A stretch of DNA of 64,000 nucleotides from Nitrososphaerota archaeon (lineage in GTDB: Archaea; Thermoproteota; Nitrososphaeria_A; Caldarchaeales; Caldarchaeaceae): NCBI GenBank assembly GCA_041641305.1, contig JBEPYN010000001.1, positions 160,001-224,000 of the forward strand, written 5' to 3'. How positions within the stretch are numbered: position 1 is the first letter of the stretch; each line of letters opens with the position of its first letter. Positions 20,921 through 31,092 of this stretch are shown piece by piece. The translations under genes were made by a program, and so were the position numbers. The notes under the pieces were generated by a model. The model searched no databases, was not told the DNA's origin, and was given only the letters and a program-made list of their open reading frames with translations.

Positions 20921-21691
20921 TTGACGAGGACAAGAGTTCTCTTCGTGGTTGGAACGGCTGGCTCCGGCAAATCTTCGCTGACAGGAGTTTTTAGCGAGTG
21001 GCTGAGGGATCATGAACAGTCAACAGCCACAGTTAACCTCGACCCCGCAGCCCTATCTCTTCCCTACGACCCAGACGTCGATGTCCGCGAGTTTGTCGAC
21101 TACGAGAGGATAATGTCGACAAGAAACCTTGGGCCAAACGGTGCCTTAATCGCTTCGGTGAGAGAGGTTGCGAGAAACATCGACGAGATAGCGGCGTTGG
21201 CTGAGGAGACGAACGCGGACTGGCTTTTGGTTGACACGCCGGGGCAGCTTGAGCTTTTTGCTTTCAGGAAAGAGGGGCGCGTCATAGCACGGAGAATATC
21301 CGAGGGCAGAAAGCTTCTACTCTTTCTCCTCGACACAGTAATCTGCTCACATCCGAGAAACTATGCTGCAACACTCTTCCTCTCTGTCTCAACAATCCTC
21401 TCACTCGGATTACCCGCGTTGAATGTTTTATCCAAGACAGACGCTGTTCCACCGAGACACTTGGCGAGAATATTTGGATGGCATGAGTCGCAGGAATCTT
21501 ACGCGGTAAGCGCCGGAGGCTCAATGAACGAGCTTCAGCTGAGTCTCTCGAGGGAGATAGTTCAGACTGTTTGGGAGATATCCAACAGCATACCGCTGGT
21601 GGCTGTCTCCGCCAAAACCTATGAAGGCTTCACAGAACTCTACGCAAATCTTACGAGAATTTATGACGAGGGGGAGATGGAGCTGAGATGA
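20921..21691 (+). CDS. GPN-loop GTPase
   Basis: GTAGSGKS, NLDPA, LGPNGA, DTPGQ, SKTD. Confidence 0.93.
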   Translation: MTRTRVLFVVGTAGSGKSSLTGVFSEWLRDHEQSTATVNLDPAALSLPYDPDVDVREFVDYERIMSTRNLGPNGALIASVREVARNIDEIAALAEETNADWLLVDTPGQLELFAFRKEGRVIARRISEGRKLLLFLLDTVICSHPRNYAATLFLSVSTILSLGLPALNVLSKTDAVPPRHLARIFGWHESQESYAVSAGGSMNELQLSLSREIVQTVWEISNSIPLVAVSAKTYEGFTELYANLTRIYDEGEMELR

Positions 21692-22587
21692 CGGAGGAGA
21701 ACGTAGCAGCGATAGAGGAGGAAATTTTCCAGATAAGGGCCAAGCTAGCTGAACTGAGGAAAAAGAAGCTCGAGCACGAGGAGGAGGCTCAGAAATACTA
21801 CGAGAAACGGGAGAGCCTCCACGCCCGGATTAAGGAGATTAAGGAAAAGAACGCAGCAACGCTCGAACGTGTTACACAGCTCAGGAACGAGCTTGCCGAA
21901 CTGCGCGCCCGCCTCGACGAGATAACCGCCAAGATAAAAGAGAAACGTAGCCAGAAAGAGGCAATTCTCTCTCAGCAGGTCTCCGAAAACGCGAAAGGAT
22001 ACACGGGTCAAGAGATTTTTAGAAGAATCCGTGAACTGGAGCAGAGGATTGAGACGGATATCCTCAGGCCAGAGGAGGAGAAGAGAATCTATGACGAGCT
22101 TCGCCAGCTAAACAAGCTGTTGGCGGAGGTTCAAAAACGTGAGGGGGTTGCTGAGAAGCTTAGAGAACTTAACAACTCGGCGGCCCCGCTTTATGAGGAG
22201 GCCCGAACCCTGCGTGAACAAATAAAGAAGAAAAAGGAAGAGATTCAGGCTGCCCGTGAAACAATTCAGTCTGTCAAAGACCTTATCATGCAGCTGAAGC
22301 CCGAGGCGGATGAGTATCACAACGCCTATCTCGAAGCCAAGAAAAAGGCTCAGATGTGTGAGGCAGAGGAGATACTTTTGACGTCGAGGCTGGTTGAGCT
22401 TCAGGAGTTTGTGAAAAAGAGGCGTGAGTTCGAGCTTAAGGCACGTGAGTACATGATGAAGGAGAAGATAAAGTCGAAGGCGATGGAGAAGCTGTCGAAG
22501 GGGGAGAAGCTGAGCTTCGAGGAAATGAAGCTGCTTTTCGAGGACGATGCTGCGTGGATGTCGGCTACGAAGCAGTCGAAGTCTTGA
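21688..22587 (+). CDS. Archaeal coiled-coil protein (COG1340-like)
   Basis: Long E/K-rich heptads; C-terminal KLSKGEKLSFEE. Confidence 0.8.
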   Translation: MTEENVAAIEEEIFQIRAKLAELRKKKLEHEEEAQKYYEKRESLHARIKEIKEKNAATLERVTQLRNELAELRARLDEITAKIKEKRSQKEAILSQQVSENAKGYTGQEIFRRIRELEQRIETDILRPEEEKRIYDELRQLNKLLAEVQKREGVAEKLRELNNSAAPLYEEARTLREQIKKKKEEIQAARETIQSVKDLIMQLKPEADEYHNAYLEAKKKAQMCEAEEILLTSRLVELQEFVKKRREFELKAREYMMKEKIKSKAMEKLSKGEKLSFEEMKLLFEDDAAWMSATKQSKS

Positions 22588-22590
22588 CTC

Positions 22591-24777
22591 CTACTCCTCT
22601 ACGAACTGCTCTATAGTAGGTATTTCAGGCGGTAGGCCTTTTCTTTTCCTGATTTCCTGTATGACCTTGTCCCTCAGAGACGCTGGCACCGGTTTCCATT
22701 CGCTGAACTCCGTCGCCCAGAAGGCTTTGCCCATGGTAGCGCTTCTCATGGCTTCGCTGAGGTCGAAGGTCTCGGAGGCGGGGATTTCGCCCACTACAAC
22801 AGTGACATATTCGGCTTGCTTGACATCGAGGACTCTTCCACGTTTGCTGGTGATTGTCGAGGTGACGGCGCCCATGAATTCCTGCGAGACTTTTGCCTCG
22901 ATTTTGAGAACGGGTTCGAGCAGCACCGGTGTGGCTGAGAGGACGCTGGCGTAGAGGCTTCTCCACGTGGCGGGAGCTATCTGGGCGTAGCCTCGGTGGA
23001 CAGGGTCTTCGTGCAGCTCAACCTGCGTAAGAACAGCCTTGACTCCGCGCATGTTCTCCGCCGCGAGAGGCCCCTCCTGCATAACCCGCTGGAAACCGCC
23101 CAATATCATCATTTTCGACTCCTGTAGATACTGTGCCCCCTTGGTCGCATCCACCAGAATGTTCCCGCGTCCGTCTATTGTCCAGACATTCCGCGCCTCG
23201 TCAGCATCCCATCCATGGTCTCGGAGTATTTTCGCGACCTCTTTCCTATCCATTTCGTCGAAGAGTTCTCCCTTACGTATCAGCTCGATTACCTCAGGCT
23301 CCAGAGGCTCCACACGTGTGTAGATGCGGTTGTGTCTGTTAGGCGACTTGCCCTCGAACTCTCTTCCCTTTGACTGGATAGATTCTCTGTAGAGTATGAT
23401 GGGTCTGCCGGCGACAACCTCGAGACCAGCTTTCTGTATCCATGTGAGAGCTATTTCGAGGTGGAGGGTGCCCATTCCGCTGATGAGATACTCGCCAGTC
23501 TCAGGTCGGACAACCGTAACCAGCGTAGGGTCCTCGATGGTTAGCTTGTTGAGAAACTCTACGAGCTTGGGCAGGTCTCTGCTGTACTTCGGCTCTACTG
23601 CTATTGTTACAACGGGCTCGGATACGTATTTGAGTGATTCGAAGGGAACTGTCTCAACTGTTCCGATGGTGTCTCCTGCTCTTACGTCGGAGAGACCGAG
23701 GACCGCGGGTATGTTTCCAGCCGGTATGCTGCCCACGATTTCTCGGGAGGGTCCCATGTAGACACCCACCTGCTGCACACGGCCCGATATGTTGCGGCCG
23801 ACTATGATGACGTTATCACCTTCGGTAATGGTGCCGCTGAAGAGACGGCCCGTGGCCACTACGCCCGCCTGTGGGTCAACACGCACGTCTGTCACAGCCA
23901 TGATTGTTGGACCGTTTTCGTCGCACTCCAGCATAGCCTGTCCGACTTCGCTCTCGAGGTCTCCTTTCCAGATTTTCGAAATACGGTATTTCTGCGCCAT
24001 GTGTGGTGGTGGATGTTTGGAGATAACCATTTCGAGAAGAGCCTCGTGGAGCGGCGTCTTCTGCCTCAGCCACTCGACATCCTCTCTGCTGAAAGCGTCT
24101 ATCACGTCGCTGAACTTGATGCCTTTTTCCTGAGCCTGCTTGACGGTGAAACCCCATCTATCCTTAGAGCTACCTATCGCCACCGTGTTTTCTGCGAAGC
24201 TTATCTTCCACTTCTCACGCTGCTCCGGCTCACCATACATATCTATCAAGGTGTTGACTTCGCGGACTATGCGTGCAAGCGTCTCCTGAATCTTCTCAGG
24301 TGTAAGCTTGAGCTCTTTTACAAGCCTGTCTATCTTGTTGATGTAGAGAACGGGCCTAACTCTTTCGCTGAGGGCCTGTCTAATGACCGTCTCGGTCTGC
24401 GTCATAACTCCCTCCACCGCGTCGACGACAACTATTGCGCCGTCTATGGCTCTCAATGCTCTGGTAACCCTTCCGGAGAAGTCGACGTGGCCCGGTGTGT
24501 CTATGAGGTTGATGATGTAGGGTTTTCCGTCCATCTCATAGTAGAGGGAGACGTTAGCCGCCTTGATTGTCATCTGCCTCTGCTGCTCCTCCTCAAGATA
24601 GTCGAGCGCAAGAGCCCTGCCCGCCAGCGACGGCGAAAGAAGACCAGCCGCAGCGAGAAGCGAGTCCGAGGTGGTTGTTTTGCCGTGGTCGACATGCGCT
24701 ATGATGCCGATATTCCTAATGCTCTCCTTGTTCTTCAGAATATCTACGACTTCGGATATTCGCTTAACTCTTGGCAT
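22591..24777 (-). CDS. fusA: Translation elongation factor aEF-2
   Basis: AHVDHGKTT, DTPGHVDF, NKID, diphthamide loop HEDPVHRG. Confidence 0.98.
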   Translation of the reverse strand: MPRVKRISEVVDILKNKESIRNIGIIAHVDHGKTTTSDSLLAAAGLLSPSLAGRALALDYLEEEQQRQMTIKAANVSLYYEMDGKPYIINLIDTPGHVDFSGRVTRALRAIDGAIVVVDAVEGVMTQTETVIRQALSERVRPVLYINKIDRLVKELKLTPEKIQETLARIVREVNTLIDMYGEPEQREKWKISFAENTVAIGSSKDRWGFTVKQAQEKGIKFSDVIDAFSREDVEWLRQKTPLHEALLEMVISKHPPPHMAQKYRISKIWKGDLESEVGQAMLECDENGPTIMAVTDVRVDPQAGVVATGRLFSGTITEGDNVIIVGRNISGRVQQVGVYMGPSREIVGSIPAGNIPAVLGLSDVRAGDTIGTVETVPFESLKYVSEPVVTIAVEPKYSRDLPKLVEFLNKLTIEDPTLVTVVRPETGEYLISGMGTLHLEIALTWIQKAGLEVVAGRPIILYRESIQSKGREFEGKSPNRHNRIYTRVEPLEPEVIELIRKGELFDEMDRKEVAKILRDHGWDADEARNVWTIDGRGNILVDATKGAQYLQESKMMILGGFQRVMQEGPLAAENMRGVKAVLTQVELHEDPVHRGYAQIAPATWRSLYASVLSATPVLLEPVLKIEAKVSQEFMGAVTSTITSKRGRVLDVKQAEYVTVVVGEIPASETFDLSEAMRSATMGKAFWATEFSEWKPVPASLRDKVIQEIRKRKGLPPEIPTIEQFVEE

Positions 24778-24832
24778 GACCTATCCGATGGAGAATAAAA
24801 GCTCCGTGTTTTAAAGATATGTGAGAAAAAAT

Positions 24833-25288
24833 CTATTTCTTCTTTTTCTTGCCGCCTTCCAGCTCCCTTTTCAAGCCTTCGACAATCTCTTTTACCTTGG
24901 ATTTTGTGGTGGATTCCATTAGCCTGCTGCCTACGCTCGCGACCAGCCCGCCCACCGCCACGTCAGCGTCCCATGCAACCTCCGTTCCTCCATCGACAGT
25001 GTTGAGGTTAAGGTTGAGGGTGAGGTCAGCTGTGCTCTGCATACCCGACCCATGTCCAGAGATTTTCACGAACTCTGGCTCACGAATCTCCTCAAACCTG
25101 AATGACATGTTTAGGTTTCCCTTGATCATGCCCAAGCCGATTTTGAAAACCACTTTGAAGTTTTTGTCATCAATTTTCTCATAGCTCTGGAGGTCGGGGA
25201 TGAGTTTGACGAAGCTGTCAGGGTCTGTGACGAATTTGAAGACTTTCCCTCTATCCGCTGAGACAACGAACTTGTCGCTTAGCTTCAT
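24833..25288 (-). CDS. coxG: CoxG (SRPBCC) accessory protein
   Basis: SRPBCC pattern, GGLVASVGSRL; follows coxS. Confidence 0.85.
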   Translation of the reverse strand: MKLSDKFVVSADRGKVFKFVTDPDSFVKLIPDLQSYEKIDDKNFKVVFKIGLGMIKGNLNMSFRFEEIREPEFVKISGHGSGMQSTADLTLNLNLNTVDGGTEVAWDADVAVGGLVASVGSRLMESTTKSKVKEIVEGLKRELEGGKKKKK

Positions 25289-25291
25289 TTC

Positions 25292-25831
25292 TTATACCTC
25301 TATGACTGGTTTTCCAGAGGCTCTTATCTCCTCAGCCGCCGCTAGAATGGACTTGACTATGTTCACGTAACCTGTGCATCTGCAGAGGTTGCCCGAAATC
25401 CCGTGACGGACCTCCTCTTCAGTCGGGTTCGGGTTAATCATCAGGAAACCTGCGGCAGCCATAATCATCCCAGGAGTACAGTAGCCGCACTGAAGGCCAT
25501 GGTTCTCCCAGAAGGCTTTCTGAAGCGGATGAAGCTGATCACCCTTAGCCAGGCCCTCTATGGTTATTATTCTCTTGCCGTTGGCTTGGATTGCGAAATG
25601 TGTGCAGGACTTGATGGCTTTCCATTTTCCATCAACCTCCATCAGAACTGTGCATGCTCCACAGTTTGTTGTGTCGCATCCAATGTGAGTGCCTGTGAGC
25701 CCTGCATATTCTCTAATGAAGTGTACAAGCAGGAGTCTCGGCTCGACTTCGTAGGAGTATTTTGTGCCGTTGATCTCTATGACGACCTGTTTCTTAGAAG
25801 GCTCAACTACCTTGGGTTTCTTAGCAGCCAT
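25292..25831 (-). CDS. coxS: Mo-hydroxylase/aerobic CODH small 2x[2Fe-2S] subunit
   Basis: [27 protein letters not shown]. Confidence 0.92.
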   Translation of the reverse strand: MAAKKPKVVEPSKKQVVIEINGTKYSYEVEPRLLLVHFIREYAGLTGTHIGCDTTNCGACTVLMEVDGKWKAIKSCTHFAIQANGKRIITIEGLAKGDQLHPLQKAFWENHGLQCGYCTPGMIMAAAGFLMINPNPTEEEVRHGISGNLCRCTGYVNIVKSILAAAEEIRASGKPVIEV

Positions 25832-25841
25832 ACTTCATCAC

Positions 25842-26717
25842 CTACAGTGCTACACCTGCTCTTTCAAGGGCCCTATATAAGGACCGTCTCGTAAACACCC
25901 TCGCCATTTCACGCTTGTATTCAGCTGAGCCGCGGAGGTCTGAGGATGGGTCAGCCATCGCCGCCGCCGCTTTCGCAGCCTGCTCAATCAAGTCTTTGCT
26001 TGGTTTCTGACCAATCAGCAGCTCCTCGGCATCAGTTGCTCTGAACGGGAACGGGTTAACAGCCGTAAGTGCAATCGCCGCCTTCTGTATTACGTTATCT
26101 CTGTTAAGTGTGAGAAGCGAGGCGACGCCTACTATGGCGTAGTCTCCTGCTTTTCTCTCAAACTTGAGGTAGGCCTGTCCAATTTTCTCTCCTCTAGGCA
26201 CCGGGAGAACCGCTTCAACAAGCAGCTCCGTAGGCTTGAGAGCCGTCTCAAAGGGTCCCTTGAAGAACTTCGTAGCCTTAATCACACGCTTTGCGGTGCC
26301 TTGTGCGACGAGGTCAGCGTCCAACGCGAGAACCGACGCGGGCCAGTCTGCGGCTGGGTCTGCATGAGCCAGGGCGCCGAGGAATGTCCCGAGGTTACGG
26401 ACCTGCATGTCTGCGATATGTGGCGCGGCGTCAGCCATCATGGGAAACTTCTCCTTGATTATCGGTGAGTGCTCTATGTCTGCGTGTCTAACAAGGGCCC
26501 CTATGCGAACAGTTTTTCCCCCGTCCTTGATGTAGTTGAGCCCCTTAATGTTGTTGATATCAATTATGACCTGAGGTGAAAGAACCCTGAGCTTCATCAT
26601 AGGTATTAGGCTCATCCCCCCGCTAAGAATCTTCGCGTTGTCTTTGTATTTTCGGAGAAGCGAAACAGCCTCGGAGACGGTGGTCGGGGCGAAATACTCA
26701 AACATTCGAGGAATCAT
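25842..26717 (-). CDS. coxM: Mo-hydroxylase/aerobic CODH FAD-binding medium subunit
   Basis: SGGMSLIPMMKLR, QVRNLGT, HADPAAD, DLRGSAEYK. Confidence 0.92.
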   Translation of the reverse strand: MIPRMFEYFAPTTVSEAVSLLRKYKDNAKILSGGMSLIPMMKLRVLSPQVIIDINNIKGLNYIKDGGKTVRIGALVRHADIEHSPIIKEKFPMMADAAPHIADMQVRNLGTFLGALAHADPAADWPASVLALDADLVAQGTAKRVIKATKFFKGPFETALKPTELLVEAVLPVPRGEKIGQAYLKFERKAGDYAIVGVASLLTLNRDNVIQKAAIALTAVNPFPFRATDAEELLIGQKPSKDLIEQAAKAAAAMADPSSDLRGSAEYKREMARVFTRRSLYRALERAGVAL

Positions 26718-26792
26718 CGTTTTGGGATATTGTCAACTGCCTTAAAAATTTTTACAAACTTAATTGAAGAAACCATAATTTAATTAAATGCT

Positions 26793-27680
26793 GTGAAAAA
26801 GAAACCGATGGTGTTGCTGGAAAACCTAACCCCAGAAATATTGGTCAAAGAGATGGAGAAGGAGCTCTATGTCGCTGACGAACCGCTGGCCCTAGCTGTC
26901 TACCTGGCCCTAAAGCTCGAGAAACCGCTTCTGATAGAGGGTGAGCCTGGATGCGGGAAAACAGAGGTCGCCAAGGTGTTGGCGCGTCTACTAAACACCG
27001 AGCTGATTAGGCTGCAGTGCTACGAAGGAATTACTGCTTCACAGGCTCTATATGAATGGGATTACCCGCGTCAACTCATCAACATCAGATTGCTCGAGGA
27101 CAAGAAATCGGCGGATGAAATCACGGAAGAGATTTTCAGCGAGAAGTTTCTTTTGAAAAGGCCTTTGCTCGCCGCTCTTCTATATGACGGGCCTAACCCG
27201 CCTGTGTTGTTGATTGATGAGATCGATAGGAGCGATGAGGAGTTTGAAGGTTTTCTTCTCGAGTTTCTTGCAGAGTTTCAGGTTACCATACCCGAGCTTG
27301 GCACCATCAAAGCCAAGAAGAAGCCCGTCGTCATAATCACCTCTAACAGGACGCGTGAAGTCGGTGACGGCCTCCGCCGCCGCTGCCTCTACCTCTATGT
27401 GACGTATCCATCGCCTGACAAGGAGATGAAGATTCTCTCACTGAAGGTTCCGCAGCTCTCGCCTAAGCTGGCCTCGGAGGTGGTAAATTTTGTTCAGCGG
27501 TTGCGTCAGGTTGGGGAACTTACAAAGAAGCCGGGCATATCAGAGACTCTTGACTGGGCGAATGCCTTAACAGTCTTGGGTGCCACTGAGATAAACCCTT
27601 CAATTCTCTCGTCGACGCTAACCTGCTTAATCAAGAACGAGGATGATCTCCGAATAGTGCGCGACCTCGGACTTGTTTAA
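26793..27680 (+). CDS. coxD: MoxR-family AAA+ ATPase (CoxD)
   Basis: GEPGCGKT, RLQCYEG, IDEIDR, TSNRTR, LRRRC. Confidence 0.9.
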   Translation: MKKKPMVLLENLTPEILVKEMEKELYVADEPLALAVYLALKLEKPLLIEGEPGCGKTEVAKVLARLLNTELIRLQCYEGITASQALYEWDYPRQLINIRLLEDKKSADEITEEIFSEKFLLKRPLLAALLYDGPNPPVLLIDEIDRSDEEFEGFLLEFLAEFQVTIPELGTIKAKKKPVVIITSNRTREVGDGLRRRCLYLYVTYPSPDKEMKILSLKVPQLSPKLASEVVNFVQRLRQVGELTKKPGISETLDWANALTVLGATEINPSILSSTLTCLIKNEDDLRIVRDLGLV

Positions 27681-27683
27681 ACC

Positions 27684-28832
27684 ATGTCTCAGCATTCCTA
27701 CCTGTTTCTTGTTACTGAAGTGGCTCGGCGACTACGGCAGGAGGGTGTAAAGTGTGGCACAGCCGAGACCATCGACGCATATAGGGCGGGCGAATTTGTT
27801 CAGATGCGGACCGTCGATGACTTGAAGAATGTCCTGCGGCTCTGCATGGTGAAACGGCTTGAAGATTATGAAATTTTTGAAAAAATTTTCGAAGAACTCG
27901 AGAGACAGAAAAAGCCCATAGAGCAGCCGAAAAACGAGACCGATGGAGAGAAGTCGCAGGCAGTCAAAACCGTTGAACGCGGCGAAAAATCAGCCGACAA
28001 ACGCAGGGAGATGACAGTATACTACAGTCCAGTGGAGGTTTTGATGAAGAGAGAATTGCCCACACCGACGCTCGCGTTCATGCGTGAGAGCAAGCGTGTC
28101 ATGAAGAGGCTTAGGAGGAGGCTGGCGCTTTTACCCGGCCGCCGATACACCAGAAGCGCTAAGGGTTATGTGGATTTTAGGGAAACCATCCGCACAAGCC
28201 TGAGAACACATGGAGAAATTCTCCGCCTCCTCCGCATGAAGAGGAAGGTGACGCGATGTAAGCTGGTCGCAATTTTTGATGTCAGCGGCTCGATGGATAC
28301 TTACACAGAGTTTTTGATGCAGTCGATGTATGCGTTGGCGAGGCAAAGTGTAGCTGTAGAGGTTTTCGTCTTCAGCACCCGTCTCCTCAAGGTTAGCTCT
28401 CTTCTAAAATACTTCGGGCCGAAAAAGGCTGCAGAGCTTATCTCGAGAGAGGTCAACATCTGGGGAAGTGGCACGAGAATCGGGAACTGTCTTGCATCGT
28501 TTATTGAAAAACATCGCGGCATCGTCGGCAAGGGAACAGTTGTCATGATTGTGAGCGACGGCTGGGACACAGGCGACCCCGAGGTCCTTGACCGTGCTAT
28601 GAGGAGTTTGAAAGAGCTCGTGGGGAGGGTTATCTGGGTTAACCCTCACGCGGATAAACCCGGCTTTAAGCCACGGACTATTGGCATGGAAACCGCCATG
28701 CCCTACATCGATGTACTCGCAGGCATGAACGCGTTAAAGAGCTTAAGAGGTTTCAAAACCTATTTTGGAGCAGGCGTCCAACCTATGAGTAGAAGACCTA
28801 TCAGCAGACGGGCCCGACCCGTTCTCCCGTAG
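27684..28832 (+). CDS. coxE: VWA-domain protein (CoxE)
   Basis: DVSGSM MIDAS, GTRIG, SDGWD, WVNP. Confidence 0.9.
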   Translation: MSQHSYLFLVTEVARRLRQEGVKCGTAETIDAYRAGEFVQMRTVDDLKNVLRLCMVKRLEDYEIFEKIFEELERQKKPIEQPKNETDGEKSQAVKTVERGEKSADKRREMTVYYSPVEVLMKRELPTPTLAFMRESKRVMKRLRRRLALLPGRRYTRSAKGYVDFRETIRTSLRTHGEILRLLRMKRKVTRCKLVAIFDVSGSMDTYTEFLMQSMYALARQSVAVEVFVFSTRLLKVSSLLKYFGPKKAAELISREVNIWGSGTRIGNCLASFIEKHRGIVGKGTVVMIVSDGWDTGDPEVLDRAMRSLKELVGRVIWVNPHADKPGFKPRTIGMETAMPYIDVLAGMNALKSLRGFKTYFGAGVQPMSRRPISRRARPVLP

Positions 28833-29652
28833 CCTCCGAAATTATTTCCTTTAACTCGGTCTCGACAGACTTTACCTCGGCCAATCGTTTACCTGAGCCT
28901 CCCCTCTCACTGCTTATTATCTCAGCGAATATGCTGAGAGCTATCTCCTCCGGCTTCTCAGCCCCTATATCCATCCCGGCTGGCGAGGAAATGCGTCGAA
29001 TGGCTTCCTCCGGTACGCCGAGGCGGGCGAGTGTCTCAAAAACTATCCCCGCCCTCTTTTTGCTGGCTACCAACCCAATATACCGTGCACCACCGTCCAA
29101 CGCTATCTTGAGATACTTGTGGTCAAGCTTATGCATCGTTGAAACCACTACGGCTGTATTGCCGTCAATCGTCACACCTTTTAGATCTGGGTCAGTAATA
29201 TATTGGTCAACTATGGAAGGGTCTTTGAACATGCCCTCGGGGTCTGCTACGACAACTTTGTAGTCAAGCATCTTGCCTATTTTGGCGAGGCTTTCAACTA
29301 TCCCACCGTGTCCAACCAGTAGCAGCTGTTTTTTTGGGAGAACCGGCTCGAGGTAGACCTCCATCGAGCCCCCGCATGGAACACCTGTCCCCTTCAGCTC
29401 ATCCTCCATCTCGAGAAAGATTGTTCTGCTCCTGCCCTCCTTGATGGTTTTCAGGGCCTCATGCATAACGGTTGTCTCGACGCATCCTCCTCCAACCCAT
29501 CCAAACAATCCTTTACCATCCTCGAGAATGATGGCCTTGGAACCCACTTTACCCGAGGTGTGTCCGATAGTTTTCACCACCGTGGCTATGCAGAATTTTT
29601 TGTTCTCTGCTATGAGTTCCGCGACCTTTGAGTAGAAGGTTAAATTGTCCAA
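28801..29652 (-). CDS. xdhC: XdhC/CoxF Moco chaperone
   Basis: GGGCVE, CGG, YIGL, SPAGMDIGAEKPEEIALSI. Confidence 0.9.
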   Translation of the reverse strand: MDNLTFYSKVAELIAENKKFCIATVVKTIGHTSGKVGSKAIILEDGKGLFGWVGGGCVETTVMHEALKTIKEGRSRTIFLEMEDELKGTGVPCGGSMEVYLEPVLPKKQLLLVGHGGIVESLAKIGKMLDYKVVVADPEGMFKDPSIVDQYITDPDLKGVTIDGNTAVVVSTMHKLDHKYLKIALDGGARYIGLVASKKRAGIVFETLARLGVPEEAIRRISSPAGMDIGAEKPEEIALSIFAEIISSERGGSGKRLAEVKSVETELKEIISEATGERVGPVC

Positions 29653-29708
29653 CCCGTGATGAGAGGGGATTTACCTAAATATAAGCCAATCGCATAAACC
29701 CTAGGCAT

Positions 29709-30947
29709 TTGTATCGTAGAATTACAAGATTTACGGATGTTTGGGATGCCCAGAAGCTGTTGCTGGAGCATCTGAGCCCCATCGGGGATTATGAAGTTGT
29801 TCCGGTTTTTCGGGCTGTTGACCGGGTGGTTTATGAGCCTGTTGTGTCGCTATCGGACCTGCCGCCACACAACGCATCACACATGGACGGCTACGCAGTC
29901 AACTCAGCCTTTCTCCAAAACGCATCCCCCACAAACCCAGTCAAACTGAAAAATATCGGCATCTGTTATGCGGGGAAGAGGCCAGAATTTAGGGTAGGCG
30001 CTGGTGAAACGGCCCGCATCCTCACAGGCGCTTATTTGCCTGAGGGATGTGACGCGGTCGTTCCTCAGGAATATGTCTCTGTAGAGGGTGAGTATGTGGT
30101 TTTCACATCTCCTGCTGAACCGTATCAATATGTTGACATGAGGGGGTTCGATGTCGCTGCGGGCCAGACTTTGTTTGAGAGGGGGAGGGTTCTAAAGGTG
30201 GCTGATGTGGCTTTGGCGGCCGCCCTCGGCTTCGAGGAATTGAAAGTGGTCAGGAGACCAAGGGTTGGAATTATCGCTGTCGGTGATGAGCTGACAGATG
30301 ATTTCTCAGAAGCTAAGTGTGGAAAAGTGCTCAACACACATAGCCACATCGTCGCACGGCTTGTCGAGGCAGCGGGAGGCGAGCCGCTTTTCCTAGGCAT
30401 AGTCCCCGACAACCGGGAGGCCTTCATGCAGCTACTCAAAAACCACATTCAGCAACTGGACCTACTCCTATCGATAGCAGGTTCATCGGTCAGCGAGAGA
30501 GATGTCTCTTCAATCCTCGCCTCCGAGAACAAGCTATACATTCACGGGTTAACCCTTCAACCGGGAAGGGTGGGAGGCTTTACCTTCCTCGGAGATAAGC
30601 CCTTCATTTTTCTACCGGGCCTGATCATGTCGACGCTCAACGTCTTCATGTTCCTCGCATATCCCGCTTTGAGGCGGCTTCTGCATCAGGAGCCTCGTTA
30701 CTATCATCACAGGGCCAGAGCTGTGCTGGCGGAGGACATCACCTTCAGAAAATACCATGACTTTGTCAAGGTTGTCTGGGTGAGGGTCAGGGAAGAGGAT
30801 GAGGAGCTGAGATGCTATCCTGTTTTGGGCGAGTCGAGCGGAATGAGCATTCCATCGCGTTCAGACGGGTTCATCACAGCGCCTCCGGGAATAGCCAGCC
30901 TCAGGGCTGGGGAGAAGATTTGGGTCAACTTTCCCCCCGCGCTCTAG
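29709..30947 (+). CDS. moeA: Molybdopterin molybdotransferase MoeA
   Basis: SHMDGYAV, TGAYLPEGCDAVVPQE, GDEL, LPG. Confidence 0.9.
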   Translation: MYRRITRFTDVWDAQKLLLEHLSPIGDYEVVPVFRAVDRVVYEPVVSLSDLPPHNASHMDGYAVNSAFLQNASPTNPVKLKNIGICYAGKRPEFRVGAGETARILTGAYLPEGCDAVVPQEYVSVEGEYVVFTSPAEPYQYVDMRGFDVAAGQTLFERGRVLKVADVALAAALGFEELKVVRRPRVGIIAVGDELTDDFSEAKCGKVLNTHSHIVARLVEAAGGEPLFLGIVPDNREAFMQLLKNHIQQLDLLLSIAGSSVSERDVSSILASENKLYIHGLTLQPGRVGGFTFLGDKPFIFLPGLIMSTLNVFMFLAYPALRRLLHQEPRYYHHRARAVLAEDITFRKYHDFVKVVWVRVREEDEELRCYPVLGESSGMSIPSRSDGFITAPPGIASLRAGEKIWVNFPPAL

Positions 30948-30951
30948 GAAA

Positions 30952-31010
30952 GGGGTCGGCTCGGCTCTTCCTGCATCACATTTCAGTCTGGGGCAGCGGC
31001 CTCATCCCCC
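30952..31010 (-). ncRNA. Probable box C/D guide sRNA
   Basis: Minus strand reads GGGG-GATGA(C box)-GGCCGCTGCCCCAGA-CTGA(D')-AA-TGTGATG(C'-like)-CAGGAAGAGCCGAG-CCGA(D)-CCCC, with a terminal GGGG/CCCC stem. The D guide is antisense to conserved 23S UCGGCUCUUCC. Confidence 0.65.
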
Positions 31011-31053
31011 AGACACAGGTAACACCCTCAGCTATTATGCTTTGACGGGGATT

Positions 31054-31067
31054 CAAAAACCTTAAAA
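31054..31067 (+). promoter_or_regulatory. BRE/TATA-like promoter for the acidic microprotein
   Basis: caaaaaccttaaaa about 25-30 nt upstream of GTG at 31093. Confidence 0.5.
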
Positions 31068-31092
31068 CAGGGCTGTTTTCCTTATTCGCCGC

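Noticed and set aside
22960-23020. EF-2 diphthamide loop HRGYAQ instead of HRGPAQ
   Set aside because: The modified His and the HRG motif are intact, and the next residue varies among archaea. This is not an EF-2 paralog signal.
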